A DNA stretch of 64,000 nucleotides from an uncultured Nitrososphaeraceae archaeon. GTDB taxonomy: Archaea; Thermoproteota; Nitrososphaeria; Nitrososphaerales; Nitrososphaeraceae. The stretch covers positions 14,454-78,453 of the forward strand of contig CAZHFI010000001.1 of NCBI GenBank assembly GCA_964531845.1, read 5' to 3'. This document shows positions 9,248 to 19,583 of the stretch, one piece after another. A program made the position numbers and the translations under genes. The notes under the pieces are model-generated. The model was not told the DNA's origin, ran no database searches, and saw nothing but the letters and a program-made list of their open reading frames with translations. Each line of letters starts with the position of its first letter. Positions within the stretch are counted from its first letter, which is position 1.

Positions 9248-10417
9248 TTATTTTAAATATTGAGGCATGATATGCGTCAGAGAGATCGCATGGTCGTCAA
9301 GTATACTAGTTGCTCCTACAGCAGTATTTCGGATTTTTAAACTTAATAATTCTTTTTCTATGGTTGTTAGATTATAATAAGAGGCCAAAGTAGTCTTTAT
9401 TTTTTCATCAAGGTTTATGATTGTATGTGGCTCAATTATTTCTGTAATTAGCAAATCTGTGTTTAATTGATCTCGTGGTATTTTTGTGGAAGAACTATTT
9501 GTTATTTGAAAGATTACTCCGTTGACAATAACCTCATGCGGTATTCGTTCCAATGCATTTGCGGTATAAAACACCTGTATATCCAATAAACCTGTTTGCG
9601 ATTTCCCTAGTACTTTTATTGAATTACCGTTATATACAGTATTAAAACTAGTGATATCATTTTCCTCTATAATTACAAACCCTTCTTTAAAATTATGATT
9701 TTTTAAAGTCTTGCCTAAAAGATTAGTTATATCCTTGCATACAATAGCAATAGAGGATTCGGGATTTATTGTTTTTATGATTGCACTACTTGTAGAACCC
9801 TCATTTTCAATTACGTTCCAAAAGATTTCCACAGGATATTTTTGTTTATTGTAAATACTAATATCGGTGTCGTAATGTCCAGGCCTTAAAGGTCCTTCAT
9901 TCCCCAAAATAGAACCGCACTCAAACTTTGCATTATAAGTATATGCTTCTGTATTATCTTTATAAAAATTTGAAATAGATGATTCTACCTTCTTTTTATT
10001 TGTAAATGTGAAAGAATAATTTTTAGAAATAGCATCAAATACAAATCTTTTCGATAAATTATTTATCTCATAATCTGATCGTATATCAAACTGTGTTATT
10101 GTAAACATTCCATCAGGTAATCCAGTGAGAAAAATTACACCATCTCGTTTATCTTTATCTAAAAACGAATTATCAAAAATTTTTAAAAAATTTTTGTGTG
10201 AATCAAAAGGATTTGGTTCGATCAAAAATTTGCCTCCGGGTAATAAATCTCCATTCTGTGAGACTGATAGAATGGTTAAATTGCTATCTGGATTTTCTCG
10301 AATAGAAAAACTTGTAAAAAAAACTGTGTTATTAAAATATAAAAAAAACAAGACTAAAAATATCGGAATGGAAATAAACAGATAAAAAAATTGGAACACC
10401 ATTCTGTCATTTTCCAT
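9248..10417 (-). CDS. hypothetical membrane-anchored/secreted protein
   Basis: 389-aa ORF with an N-terminal hydrophobic anchor (FQFFYLFISIPIFLVLFFLYF). No motif recognised. Confidence 0.5.
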   Translation of the reverse strand: MENDRMVFQFFYLFISIPIFLVLFFLYFNNTVFFTSFSIRENPDSNLTILSVSQNGDLLPGGKFLIEPNPFDSHKNFLKIFDNSFLDKDKRDGVIFLTGLPDGMFTITQFDIRSDYEINNLSKRFVFDAISKNYSFTFTNKKKVESSISNFYKDNTEAYTYNAKFECGSILGNEGPLRPGHYDTDISIYNKQKYPVEIFWNVIENEGSTSSAIIKTINPESSIAIVCKDITNLLGKTLKNHNFKEGFVIIEENDITSFNTVYNGNSIKVLGKSQTGLLDIQVFYTANALERIPHEVIVNGVIFQITNSSSTKIPRDQLNTDLLITEIIEPHTIINLDEKIKTTLASYYNLTTIEKELLSLKIRNTAVGATSILDDHAISLTHIMPQYLK

Positions 10418-11285
10418 TAATATTTATAAACCTTTATTGACTTCAGGGGTAATTCGATTTAGTAATTAATATAACAAAAAATTTTTTTAACTTTAATAAT
10501 AAAATCTGTAGTCATAAAGGTCCTATTTTAAGATATTAGTATGAAATTTGAACGAATTAAATATTTACAAGTGGAGTAAGAACTTAACCAAATTTTTGTT
10601 TTATGAATATTTATGAAACACTAACAAACATCCCGTCACTATAATTAATGAGTTACGTCGCTACCTTGATTGAGATAATTCTTTTAATTAGATCGTGTCT
10701 ATAGAAGAATAATAGTTTCTTATTGTTATAACTATAGTAATTATCAAAATCTTGATTTTGTAACTTGTATATAGATTTCAATTTTCAATAATGTTTTCCC
10801 ATTTAGCGAATATAATTTGGATTTAGTCGAAACATGCTATTTTTGGGAAAACACATGACACTATTCAAAAATTCAAGAAAAAATGCTGCCCAATTGCGTT
10901 AAAACAAATCACACTAATGAGATTTTAGTATTGTTAATTATAATCATGTGATATATTTAGTCTCAAAATAAAGTTTCAAGTAAATACATCTAAGCAACAT
11001 ACATCTTTTTTAAATTGTTGTATCAAAATGATTTTTTTTACATATTAGCTTTTAAACTGGTAGTTTAATAAAAAAATTGAGGGATATAGTCTGGAATTGA
11101 TTTCAAAAATGACCTATATAATAAATAAGTTAAAATCAATACTGGCAATATCAAATTAATAACAAATTTAGTATAGAATGTTAATACATATGGGGTAAAT
11201 TATTTTTGTGTGGCCTTCAAAAAATCCATATCGGCAAGACCGTGATAGTTTTCATATATTAAAGAAAAAATGGTTTATTTAAAAA

Positions 11286-12581
11286 TTATTTTCTAAAGAT
11301 AAAATCGCAGATATCCTGTCCAAAAAATTTTGAACATTCAGAATAACTATCTTTTGAAGAATTTTTATCAGGATCGAGGTTTGAATTGTCTTGAGAATTT
11401 TTATAGTCATTATTTAGTTGGTTATTATCTTCATCAGGATTGAAAGTAGGTCGTTTTTCTAGAACGAGTTCGATTTCTTTATATGCACCATCACGATAAA
11501 TAGTGAGCATAATTTTATCACCTATTTGTTTATCACGTTCGAGGTATGTAAGTATTGAATCAATTTTAGTAACATCTATTCCATCAATTTTAACAATTAC
11601 ATCTCCTCCAGTAAAAGAAATATCTCCGTCAAAAGATTTTGTCCTTTTAGCAGCATGAATTTTGTATTTTTCTGCAGGGCTTTTAGGAGTTATGCCTGTA
11701 ACGAGAAAACCATGATCTAATGTGAGTCCTAATTTTGACGCAACTTCTGGATTAATATCCAAACCAATAACACCGATAAAAGGATGTTCGTATATTCCAG
11801 TTTTTACTATTGATGGAACAACTTTTTTAATTGTTTGCGAAGGTACAGCAAAACCTACACCAGAATAAACTCCAGTATTTGAAAAAATAGCTGTGTTCAT
11901 TCCTATGACTTGACCGCGAAGATTTAATAATGGACCACCTGAATTTCCAGGATTGATTGCTGCATCTGTTTGAATGATATCAGACATCGAAAATGTTTGT
12001 AATGGTGTTTGACCCAAGACATTTTCTTCGTTTGCGGGCAAAAGTCTTCCTAAACCACTAACAATGCCACTGCTCATAGATCCAGATAAGCCAAATGGAT
12101 TTCCTATAGCCACAACCGTTTCACCTACCTCTAGTACTTTAGAATCTCCTAATGATAGAGGATATAATTTTACTAAATAAGGATCTTTAATCTTCAGAAC
12201 AGCCACATCCGTAAACGGATCGGCTCCAACTATGGATGCAGTATATGTTTTTCCATCCAAAAAAGTTACTTGCAATTCCTGAATACCACCGTCAGGAATA
12301 AGTGCTACGTGAGCATTGGTAATGATATGTCCGTCATAGTCATAAACAAACCCAGAACCTAATCGAGAGTTTAGTGGATTATTTAGATCAATGTACGTAA
12401 CTTGAACTATAGAATTTTTTACTTGCTTAAATAATTCTTGAAATGAAAGTCCATTTATTGTATTAGTATCAGAGTTGTTTTTTTGTGCTATTGCTGAATC
12501 AATGAAAAACATAAAGTTAAATAAGAAAATGGTTAAAATAATAAAAGTATGTGCATATCTATCGGAGAGATAAATGAGCAT
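11286..12581 (-). CDS. HtrA/DegP-family serine protease with PDZ domain
   Basis: N-terminal anchor, TNAHV (catalytic His), GNSGGPLLN (catalytic Ser), a C-terminal PDZ-like segment and an N/D/S-rich tail. Confidence 0.9.
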   Translation of the reverse strand: MLIYLSDRYAHTFIILTIFLFNFMFFIDSAIAQKNNSDTNTINGLSFQELFKQVKNSIVQVTYIDLNNPLNSRLGSGFVYDYDGHIITNAHVALIPDGGIQELQVTFLDGKTYTASIVGADPFTDVAVLKIKDPYLVKLYPLSLGDSKVLEVGETVVAIGNPFGLSGSMSSGIVSGLGRLLPANEENVLGQTPLQTFSMSDIIQTDAAINPGNSGGPLLNLRGQVIGMNTAIFSNTGVYSGVGFAVPSQTIKKVVPSIVKTGIYEHPFIGVIGLDINPEVASKLGLTLDHGFLVTGITPKSPAEKYKIHAAKRTKSFDGDISFTGGDVIVKIDGIDVTKIDSILTYLERDKQIGDKIMLTIYRDGAYKEIELVLEKRPTFNPDEDNNQLNNDYKNSQDNSNLDPDKNSSKDSYSECSKFFGQDICDFIFRK

Positions 12582-12691
12582 AAATGTATTTATTTATAAC
12601 AAGTATTTGAATTATCGGATAAGAAATTAATAATAAAATATCAGATATTTTGATCTAAATCTAAAAATAACAAAAAAAATAAGAATAACAA

Positions 12692-13171
12692 GTGAAATTT
12701 AAAAATTCAGAAATTAACTGGAGTTGTATCTATGAAGATTCATACTATAAAATTTATGATTGGAATAAAAATTTGACAGGATTTTTTTTTCCAGTATATA
12801 AATTTGACAACGAAAAAGAAGAGGACAGTATTATTCAAAAAATGAATGAAAATCATGAGGAAATTTATAATGGGTATTTTATGTTACCGTTTATAAAGAT
12901 CAATATTTATAACAATCAAGAATTAGACATTAATGGAATTTATAAGAATTTTGAAGACAATCTACTAAGAATAAAGATTTGGATGAATTGGATTAACGAG
13001 AAAAAAGAGAATTTTAATATTGTAAATAATATGGTAAACCCATCAAGGGAGGATTTGAATATAATTTCAATAACATTTTTTATAAGAGATAAATACATAC
13101 TTAAGGAAAAAGAAATACTGGAAAAACTCAAACCCATTTTAAACGATCTACATCAAAATGAATTACTATAG
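12692..13171 (+). CDS. hypothetical protein
   Basis: 159-aa ORF with a GTG start, N/K/E/I-rich. No motif recognised. Confidence 0.4.
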   Translation: MKFKNSEINWSCIYEDSYYKIYDWNKNLTGFFFPVYKFDNEKEEDSIIQKMNENHEEIYNGYFMLPFIKINIYNNQELDINGIYKNFEDNLLRIKIWMNWINEKKENFNIVNNMVNPSREDLNIISITFFIRDKYILKEKEILEKLKPILNDLHQNELL

Positions 13172-13368
13172 TTTTCAATTTATTGATAACAAAAAATACT
13201 AATTTAGAATAAATATCGATAATATGTTATCAATTATAGGTATAAATTTAATTTATAATTTCGATCCATCTTGTTAAAAAACTATCAACGATTAATAATA
13301 AAATGAAACTTGATAAATAAAGTTTATCAGGTAATGAATATAAATCGTTTCGGATATTTTAAAACAGC

Positions 13369-13854
13369 TTGGCTGATTCATCGAAGGTAAATTTGATTGT
13401 ATATATCAGAGAATTTGATAAATATGATAAAAACGGGATTTTATTATGCAGAAATACAGATTGTGTGAATTTTCCAAGGAAACCATATAGAAAATATTGT
13501 TCTAAAAAATGCAATATTGAATTTCGGAAATGGTATTATAAAAATTTTTTTTGGAATAAAGTTAGATTGGATATTTTTAAAAGGGATAACTATACTTGTC
13601 AAGTCTGTAAAAAAAAATTTCCGATTTTCTATAGAAGAGGAAGAATAAAAGTGAGAAAATTAGAATGTGACCACATTATACCCAAATCAATGTTTCTGGA
13701 AATGGGATATCGTGTAGATAATAAAGATGACAAAATAAAAACAGTAATGGAATTTTTTCACAATCATGATAACCTTAGAACATTATGCAAGACATGTCAT
13801 AAAGAGGTTACATCAAAATATTTACAATTAAGAAAGATAAAAAGTCAACAGTAA
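13369..13854 (+). CDS. HNH endonuclease family protein with N-terminal Cys-rich segment
   Basis: TTG start. CQVCKKKF...CDHIIPKS...NLRTLCKTCHKEVT is the CxxC/HNH/CxxC beta-beta-alpha-metal pattern. Confidence 0.75.
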   Translation: MADSSKVNLIVYIREFDKYDKNGILLCRNTDCVNFPRKPYRKYCSKKCNIEFRKWYYKNFFWNKVRLDIFKRDNYTCQVCKKKFPIFYRRGRIKVRKLECDHIIPKSMFLEMGYRVDNKDDKIKTVMEFFHNHDNLRTLCKTCHKEVTSKYLQLRKIKSQQ

Positions 13855-13874
13855 CTTAGTTTTGTCAAATTCTT

Positions 13875-14393
13875 TCATATTATTTCCAGAAATGAGAAAG
13901 TTCTTTTCGCAGTATCATATATTATCAACATAGGTTTTTTAATTTCATCTAGATCTTGCATGTTTGAATGGGCACTCCCGGGATTAAGCACTAGAGTTTT
14001 TTTGTTCATGTAGTTTTCTTTCTTATGAGTATGGCCAAAAACAAATACGTCGTATTTCCCACATTCTATTAATGAATTTTTCATAAAAACATTCGTACCA
14101 TGATAAATTCCAAATCTAATACTATCAATTTCTATCTCTGCAAAATCACCATAAAAATCAGATTTGAGATTTTTAAAACACTCATAAAGACCAAGTCTTT
14201 CACCATCATTATTTCCCAAAATTCCAATGAATTTAATCCCAACATTTAATTTTGAAAATTCCTTAATAATACCTGGAAAAATATAATCGCCTGCATGAAT
14301 AACATACGATACATTATTATTATTAAACATCTTGATTGCTTTTCTGACATTTGAAATATCATCATGTGTGTCTGAAATTATTCCGACCTTCAT
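13875..14393 (-). CDS. metallophosphoesterase, YfcE/MJ0936 family
   Basis: Motifs ISDTHD, AGDYIFPG, GNNDGE and GHTH in the canonical order. Length 172 aa. Confidence 0.85.
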   Translation of the reverse strand: MKVGIISDTHDDISNVRKAIKMFNNNNVSYVIHAGDYIFPGIIKEFSKLNVGIKFIGILGNNDGERLGLYECFKNLKSDFYGDFAEIEIDSIRFGIYHGTNVFMKNSLIECGKYDVFVFGHTHKKENYMNKKTLVLNPGSAHSNMQDLDEIKKPMLIIYDTAKRTFSFLEII

Positions 14394-14512
14394 ACTATAA
14401 TTAGAATTCGAATCTAAAGATATATTTCTTTATACTACTACAAAAGTCACATTATACAAAAGAGTAATTCCATATAATCATTATTATAGAACTCGGGCAA
14501 AGATATTTTATC

Positions 14513-15190
14513 ATGAATCAGATCTATTTTGATATCGGTCAAACTCTAATAGACGAAGTCAAATTTATTAAATTTCTAGACGATAGTCTTTTTGAACTAA
14601 TAAATGGATATGGTGCTAAAATAGATTTCAAAAATTATCTAACATTGAGAAACAATATTATCAAAACAAATAAAATTGATATCGATTGGGTAGAATACCT
14701 AGTATCAAAGATATCAAAATTGATACTTCCAATGGGATATGAAACGATTGTCTTAAAAGAAATGAAGAAAAGATTAAATCAAATTGGAACTCAATTATTT
14801 TTTCTATTCGACGATACTATTGAGATACTAGATAGGTTATCTTGTTCTTACAAGCTCGGGGTTATTTCACATGATAGTCCTAGAATTGTTAAAGCATTTC
14901 ATTCCTTAGGTCTCAATAAGTATTTCAATAAAATAATATTATCAAGTGAGGTCAGAGATAAAAGAATTTCTGATTTGGAATATGTTTTTAGGATGGACAA
15001 TGTTTCTCCTAAAAATTGTTGCATGGTTGGAGATAGAGTAGATGTAGATATAGCACCAGCAAAGTTTGTGGGTATGAAGACGATAAGATATACTGGATCC
15101 ATATTTAGATATCAAGTACCCAAAAACAGTCTTGAAGAATCTGATCATACAATTGGAACTTTAAAAGAAATATTAAAAATTCTAGAATAA
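14513..15190 (+). CDS. HAD-superfamily hydrolase (variant motif I)
   Basis: The C-terminal HAD motif is VGDRVDVDIAPAK. Motif I reads YFDIGQTL, so Gly stands where DxDxT phosphatases have the second Asp. Confidence 0.65.
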   Translation: MNQIYFDIGQTLIDEVKFIKFLDDSLFELINGYGAKIDFKNYLTLRNNIIKTNKIDIDWVEYLVSKISKLILPMGYETIVLKEMKKRLNQIGTQLFFLFDDTIEILDRLSCSYKLGVISHDSPRIVKAFHSLGLNKYFNKIILSSEVRDKRISDLEYVFRMDNVSPKNCCMVGDRVDVDIAPAKFVGMKTIRYTGSIFRYQVPKNSLEESDHTIGTLKEILKILE

Positions 15191-15201
15191 AATTGTAGAG
15201 A

Positions 15202-16302
15202 TTATGTGCTTATCAAATTTAGTTGTTTTGATTTTATTGCATTAACAACCTCAAGTGAAATCCTCCTTCCTATTCCCATTGGAAAACCATAATAATATTT
15301 TGAATAAGGCGAAGTGGTTGTCATTATAGGATTTCCAGGAACTCTTAGGGACACATCATACACTACTATATCAAGATCTTTAGTGACTACACTTTGTAAA
15401 GATAATGGACCTATAATTCCAGGAGGATATTCATACTTAACTGTATTGACAAATCTATCACCCAAATCAAATACCTTCTCCAGCATTGATTCCCTAATGC
15501 TGGCAGGAGTATGTCCAATTTCTATATTTTGCAGATCCAAATCTAGATCTAATTGTTGTTTGGCAGTAAGGGAGGTGGTAAAATCATGTAAATTTGTTTG
15601 TAATCTTCTTTCTATTCCTAGAAATTCAGTTTCATTTGTCAAAGGGGAATGAAAAAAATTAAAATTGAAATAAGTCCCAATTATATATTCTTCAATGGTT
15701 GCTTTTTTAAGATCAGCATTATCTATCAAACCAGTGTCTAGTTTTTTCCTTGTTTTTTCTTTATAATCTTCATAAGAAGAAACAAAGAAAAATGCTCTTT
15801 CAAGTTTTCTTCGTGCTTCCTGAACCTTAACGATTGATGGCCCTGAGATTTGAGAAGGATCACTTAAAATTCGTGGATATCTTATCTTGGATTTCTCAAG
15901 TAAATGATATTGGTTTTTTGGTGAAGTACGTTCCTCAACTCTTTGTAAAAATCTGTTTCCAAATACAGGAACTCTGAAATTATTTTCTATAGAATCATAT
16001 CCCAAATATGCAGAAAAAGCCCTGTTTGCAACAAAAATAACATTGCTTTGTCTTAATTTTTCCTGATGTTCAAAGTTTAAGATATCAGTAAATCTATCAA
16101 GTATCAGGACTTGGTCAGATATTCTTTTGAATCTAAGATAAGGAGTTTCCCTTCCTCTTTGACAAATACAAATTGTTTTTATAGATTCATCTTTGGCTCC
16201 ATCCATAACTTCCAGTGCGGAATGACTTCCTAGTACTCCTATTTTGATTTCATCAAGGTCGTAACTTTTAAGAATATTATCGATTTCATTTCTAGAAATC
16301 AT
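15202..16302 (-). CDS. purP: 5-formaminoimidazole-4-carboxamide ribonucleotide (FAICAR) synthetase PurP, ATP-grasp
   Basis: Collinear resemblance to archaeal PurP along its length: MISRNEIDNIL..IGVLGSHSALEV..., IEEYIIGTYFNFNFFHSPL, IRESML. Length 366 aa. Confidence 0.85.
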   Translation of the reverse strand: MISRNEIDNILKSYDLDEIKIGVLGSHSALEVMDGAKDESIKTICICQRGRETPYLRFKRISDQVLILDRFTDILNFEHQEKLRQSNVIFVANRAFSAYLGYDSIENNFRVPVFGNRFLQRVEERTSPKNQYHLLEKSKIRYPRILSDPSQISGPSIVKVQEARRKLERAFFFVSSYEDYKEKTRKKLDTGLIDNADLKKATIEEYIIGTYFNFNFFHSPLTNETEFLGIERRLQTNLHDFTTSLTAKQQLDLDLDLQNIEIGHTPASIRESMLEKVFDLGDRFVNTVKYEYPPGIIGPLSLQSVVTKDLDIVVYDVSLRVPGNPIMTTTSPYSKYYYGFPMGIGRRISLEVVNAIKSKQLNLIST

Positions 16303-16364
16303 TCTGTTTCAAAATATGATTAACTATAGAATATAATAAGAATTATTATAAAAGTTTAGAAGAG

Positions 16365-16679
16365 TTATTTCTTTTTTGATTTACTTATTTCATTATCAAT
16401 TGCTACTCTCAATTCTTCGTCGTTTTTATTGCTATAATCTATTCCGAGTGTTTCAGCTATAGATTCTAATTTTTCCCTACCTACATCATTATTTTGTATT
16501 TTGAGTTTGTCCAAATCTCTTTTAGCTTCTATACGTGCTTTTTCGAATTCGGCTGATGCTTTTCCAAATGATCTGGCCAGTTCTGGAATTTTCTTCACAC
16601 CAAAAAACACTACGATGATTATAATGCCGATGAAAATCCATTCTGATCCTAAGGGAATTTGCATTATGGGGAAATTCAA
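16365..16679 (-). CDS. tatA: twin-arginine translocase subunit TatA/E
   Basis: Single TM helix followed by an amphipathic helix: IFIGIIIIVVFFGVKKIPELARSFGKASAEFEKA. Confidence 0.8.
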   Translation of the reverse strand: MNFPIMQIPLGSEWIFIGIIIIVVFFGVKKIPELARSFGKASAEFEKARIEAKRDLDKLKIQNNDVGREKLESIAETLGIDYSNKNDEELRVAIDNEISKSKKK

Positions 16680-17205
16680 TATTTTTTATTACAAAGTTGA
16701 ATTATATTAATTTATAGTTTAATGATATATTACTCGGTTAATAGATCATATGCTATTAACCTACATATGTTTTAAAACAAAGTCTACCACACAACAGAGT
16801 TTTATTGGCAGAATCTCTAGATGTGTTAGTATCTGCCAATCTAGTCGGTTATGCTGTACTTTTAACCTTTTTTTTAGATATGTTTTGGATATCGATATAA
16901 TTTACTAAAATTGTAGTAATAAAATTAAAAACAAAATTTGGTTGTTGTAAGGCTAAAAGAATACTTGAAATTATTTTTGCTATAGTTTTAGACCCTTTAA
17001 TGTATAAAGACAAGCCAGGTTTTAGTTATAAAGTACCCATTTTTTAAATGTACCGAGATTTCATATTATTACTTTTTAATTTCAAAAAATGATCTGTATC
17101 TGAAACGTACTCCGATCCTAACATCGTATTGATAGCAAATTCTTTACATTACCACTGCCATATGCTATTACTTATATTTCTCGAATCTTTTATTCAAACT
17201 ATAGT

Positions 17206-17523
17206 ATGCAATATCATAAAGCTGCGTTCATTGGTACTGAGAGATCTAGAAATGCACAGATGAAATTATTTGAATATACTGGTTTTTCTATGTTAACGTA
17301 TACAATCAAACAGGGAAAAAATGGTTTTGAACCTGTAGGTGAGGAGATGTTGGTAGGAAAATTGACAAAAGATGATGAAATGATGTTATTTATTTGTGAC
17401 GATCAAGGTTATGCTAAGGCTCAATCCAAGCCAATTTCCATAAAAAGTGGCCAGGAGATTTATAAAAAAATGATAAAAGATGGATTAAATCCATTTGAAG
17501 GGAAAATTATAACAGTAAATTAA
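17206..17523 (+). CDS. hypothetical protein
   Basis: 105-aa ORF with non-repetitive composition. Its end overlaps the pyrH end by 4 nt (convergent genes). No motif recognised. Confidence 0.45.
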   Translation: MQYHKAAFIGTERSRNAQMKLFEYTGFSMLTYTIKQGKNGFEPVGEEMLVGKLTKDDEMMLFICDDQGYAKAQSKPISIKSGQEIYKKMIKDGLNPFEGKIITVN

Positions 17524-18209
17524 AAAACTATTTCTGTTCCATCAGACTTGTTATCTATAATGATTTTTTTAAGTATTGTTGGATCTGACAATATAACAAA
17601 TGTCTTAATTTTTGAACGTTCTATTATCTTTAGGGACAATATATCCATTAGATCATAGGTTCCGGCAGTAGAACTTCCTTTTATCAAGAGATTTAAACAA
17701 TCTGAAACACTGATTTTTTTAAATAAATTTGCATTCTTATTTTGATTGGGATCACTATCGTAGATACCATTAACATCTGTTGCATTAATAAATAAGTCAG
17801 CCCTTACTTTTTCTGCAATTAATGCAGCCGTAGCATTTGTACTTTGTCCAGGATGTAATCCCCCAGTAACAATTATTTTTTCTGAATTTTTAGCAAGCGA
17901 TATCTCTTCCAAAGTTTTTGGAATATTGACATATGAATAATCACCCAGTAAACTTGCAAGTAGTTTAGCATTGAGTCTAGATACATCTATACCCATAAGG
18001 TCTAGGCTAGATTCATCTGATCCAAACGCTCTCGCTAATTTAATATAATGTCGTGCAATATCTCCACCTCCTGCTATTACGATAGGTTGTACCGAATCAA
18101 AAATATCCATTAACAGTAAAGAGATTTTTTTTAATTTGGTAGACTCAGATTTATAATTAAAAATACTACCACTTAATTTGATCACTATAGTCTTTTTGGT
18201 ATTTTTCAA
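17520..18209 (-). CDS. pyrH: UMP kinase (archaeal type)
   Basis: Amino-acid kinase fold motifs IKLSGSIF and VIAGGGDIARHYI, plus GLHPGQSTNATAALIAE. Length 229 aa. Confidence 0.85.
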   Translation of the reverse strand: MKNTKKTIVIKLSGSIFNYKSESTKLKKISLLLMDIFDSVQPIVIAGGGDIARHYIKLARAFGSDESSLDLMGIDVSRLNAKLLASLLGDYSYVNIPKTLEEISLAKNSEKIIVTGGLHPGQSTNATAALIAEKVRADLFINATDVNGIYDSDPNQNKNANLFKKISVSDCLNLLIKGSSTAGTYDLMDILSLKIIERSKIKTFVILSDPTILKKIIIDNKSDGTEIVF

Positions 18210-18258
18210 TTGATATTCACATCAATAGTTAGTTAATAATCTGATATAATATCTTTCA

Positions 18259-19485
18259 TTAAAAAATTGAGTCTACATTTTTGAATTTTTCTCTATTGTC
18301 ATCATTTGAGTAAACCCTGACCATATCCAAAAATCCAGTCATAGCTTTGAAAAGTGGTAAATCATGGATAGGAGTTTCAAATTCTTGTTCTTTATCAATC
18401 AATATAATAAAACTCAATTCATCCTTCTTTGGAGTAAGAGGCATGGATGGTGCGACCGACAAATCAATATAGATATCTTCTTCACTAACATTTGCATTTT
18501 CAAGCAATCGAGATTTTATTTTTTTTATCCTTCTATTATAAGTGATTTTGTTTATTCTCTTTTTATTGTAAAAAAATTTTTCATAAATGCATTTTAAAAG
18601 TTTTCTACCTCTATAATCTAATGCTAATTCTGAAGCAATGGAATTTTTATCTCCAAGGGAACAAATATCATCTATCAGGGTTTCATCTGTGAATAAAAGA
18701 TATTCCTCAAGAGTAGCATTTGATAAATTTAAATCGTTATCTGCAAGTATCATAGAATGGAGAAGCATTACCTCTGCAGATCTTACAGTTTTATGAAAAT
18801 ATACAGCTTTAAACATCTCATATCTAGATATTAACATAGATTCCAAAGAATAAATTGATGATTTATTTATGCCAAGGTGGTCTTTTGAACTTATTTCCAT
18901 CGAGCTGATGAGACGATAATAATCTAGTTTTCCATACTCGGTTCCAGTAAAATAACTATCACGTGGTAGATAATCCATGATATCAACTGACAAACCACCA
19001 GAGATTAAATCATTAAAAAATTTAGTTTTGTAATTTCCGAATGAGAGGTCACAAATATCCCTAGGAGATTGGCCAAATTTTTTAACTATATCATTAATCT
19101 CAGTTTTTGTGATAATCTCTTTTCCTAAATCTTCATGAGACATTCCAGTTTTGTTTGCCATTACTTCTTCAAATAAATGTGAGAATGGACCATGCCCTAT
19201 ATCGTGTAATAATGCAGCTAGTCGTAATTTTTGGATATCTTCTTCATTAATATAATTTTTTGAAAACAATACTTCCGCGGCTAAACCTGCTAAATGCATA
19301 GTTCCAAGAGAATGTTCAAATCGTGAATGTTGTGCACTTGGATATACAAGGTGAGCACCGGCCAATTGACGTATTCTTCTTAGTCTTTGGAAAATCTTTG
19401 TATCAATGATTTTTTTTTCCACTTCAGTAAATCTAATAAATTTATGAATTGGATCCGTAATTTCACCAACGTATTTTATAATCAC
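18259..19485 (-). CDS. HD-domain metal-dependent phosphohydrolase (dNTP triphosphohydrolase-like)
   Basis: RFEHSLGTMHLA...LLHDIGHGPFSH is the HD signature, with a DYLPRDSYFTG region as in dGTPase/SAMHD1-like enzymes. Confidence 0.85.
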   Translation of the reverse strand: MIIKYVGEITDPIHKFIRFTEVEKKIIDTKIFQRLRRIRQLAGAHLVYPSAQHSRFEHSLGTMHLAGLAAEVLFSKNYINEEDIQKLRLAALLHDIGHGPFSHLFEEVMANKTGMSHEDLGKEIITKTEINDIVKKFGQSPRDICDLSFGNYKTKFFNDLISGGLSVDIMDYLPRDSYFTGTEYGKLDYYRLISSMEISSKDHLGINKSSIYSLESMLISRYEMFKAVYFHKTVRSAEVMLLHSMILADNDLNLSNATLEEYLLFTDETLIDDICSLGDKNSIASELALDYRGRKLLKCIYEKFFYNKKRINKITYNRRIKKIKSRLLENANVSEEDIYIDLSVAPSMPLTPKKDELSFIILIDKEQEFETPIHDLPLFKAMTGFLDMVRVYSNDDNREKFKNVDSIF

Positions 19486-19583
19486 AATTGAATTTTCATT
19501 CTCTGTATTTTCAATCTTTCTAATAGATAATTACTAAAAATAGTTTCTGAATATTTTTATACAAATGAATAAAATTTAACATA

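Noticed and set aside
16804-16900. 9-bp-arm hairpin ATTGGCAGA..TCTGCCAAT and an overlapping 31-codon TTG-start hydrophobic ORF (AESLDVLVSANLVGYAVLLTFFLDMFWISI)
   Set aside because: The stem is short, the start is non-ATG, and no conservation evidence is available.
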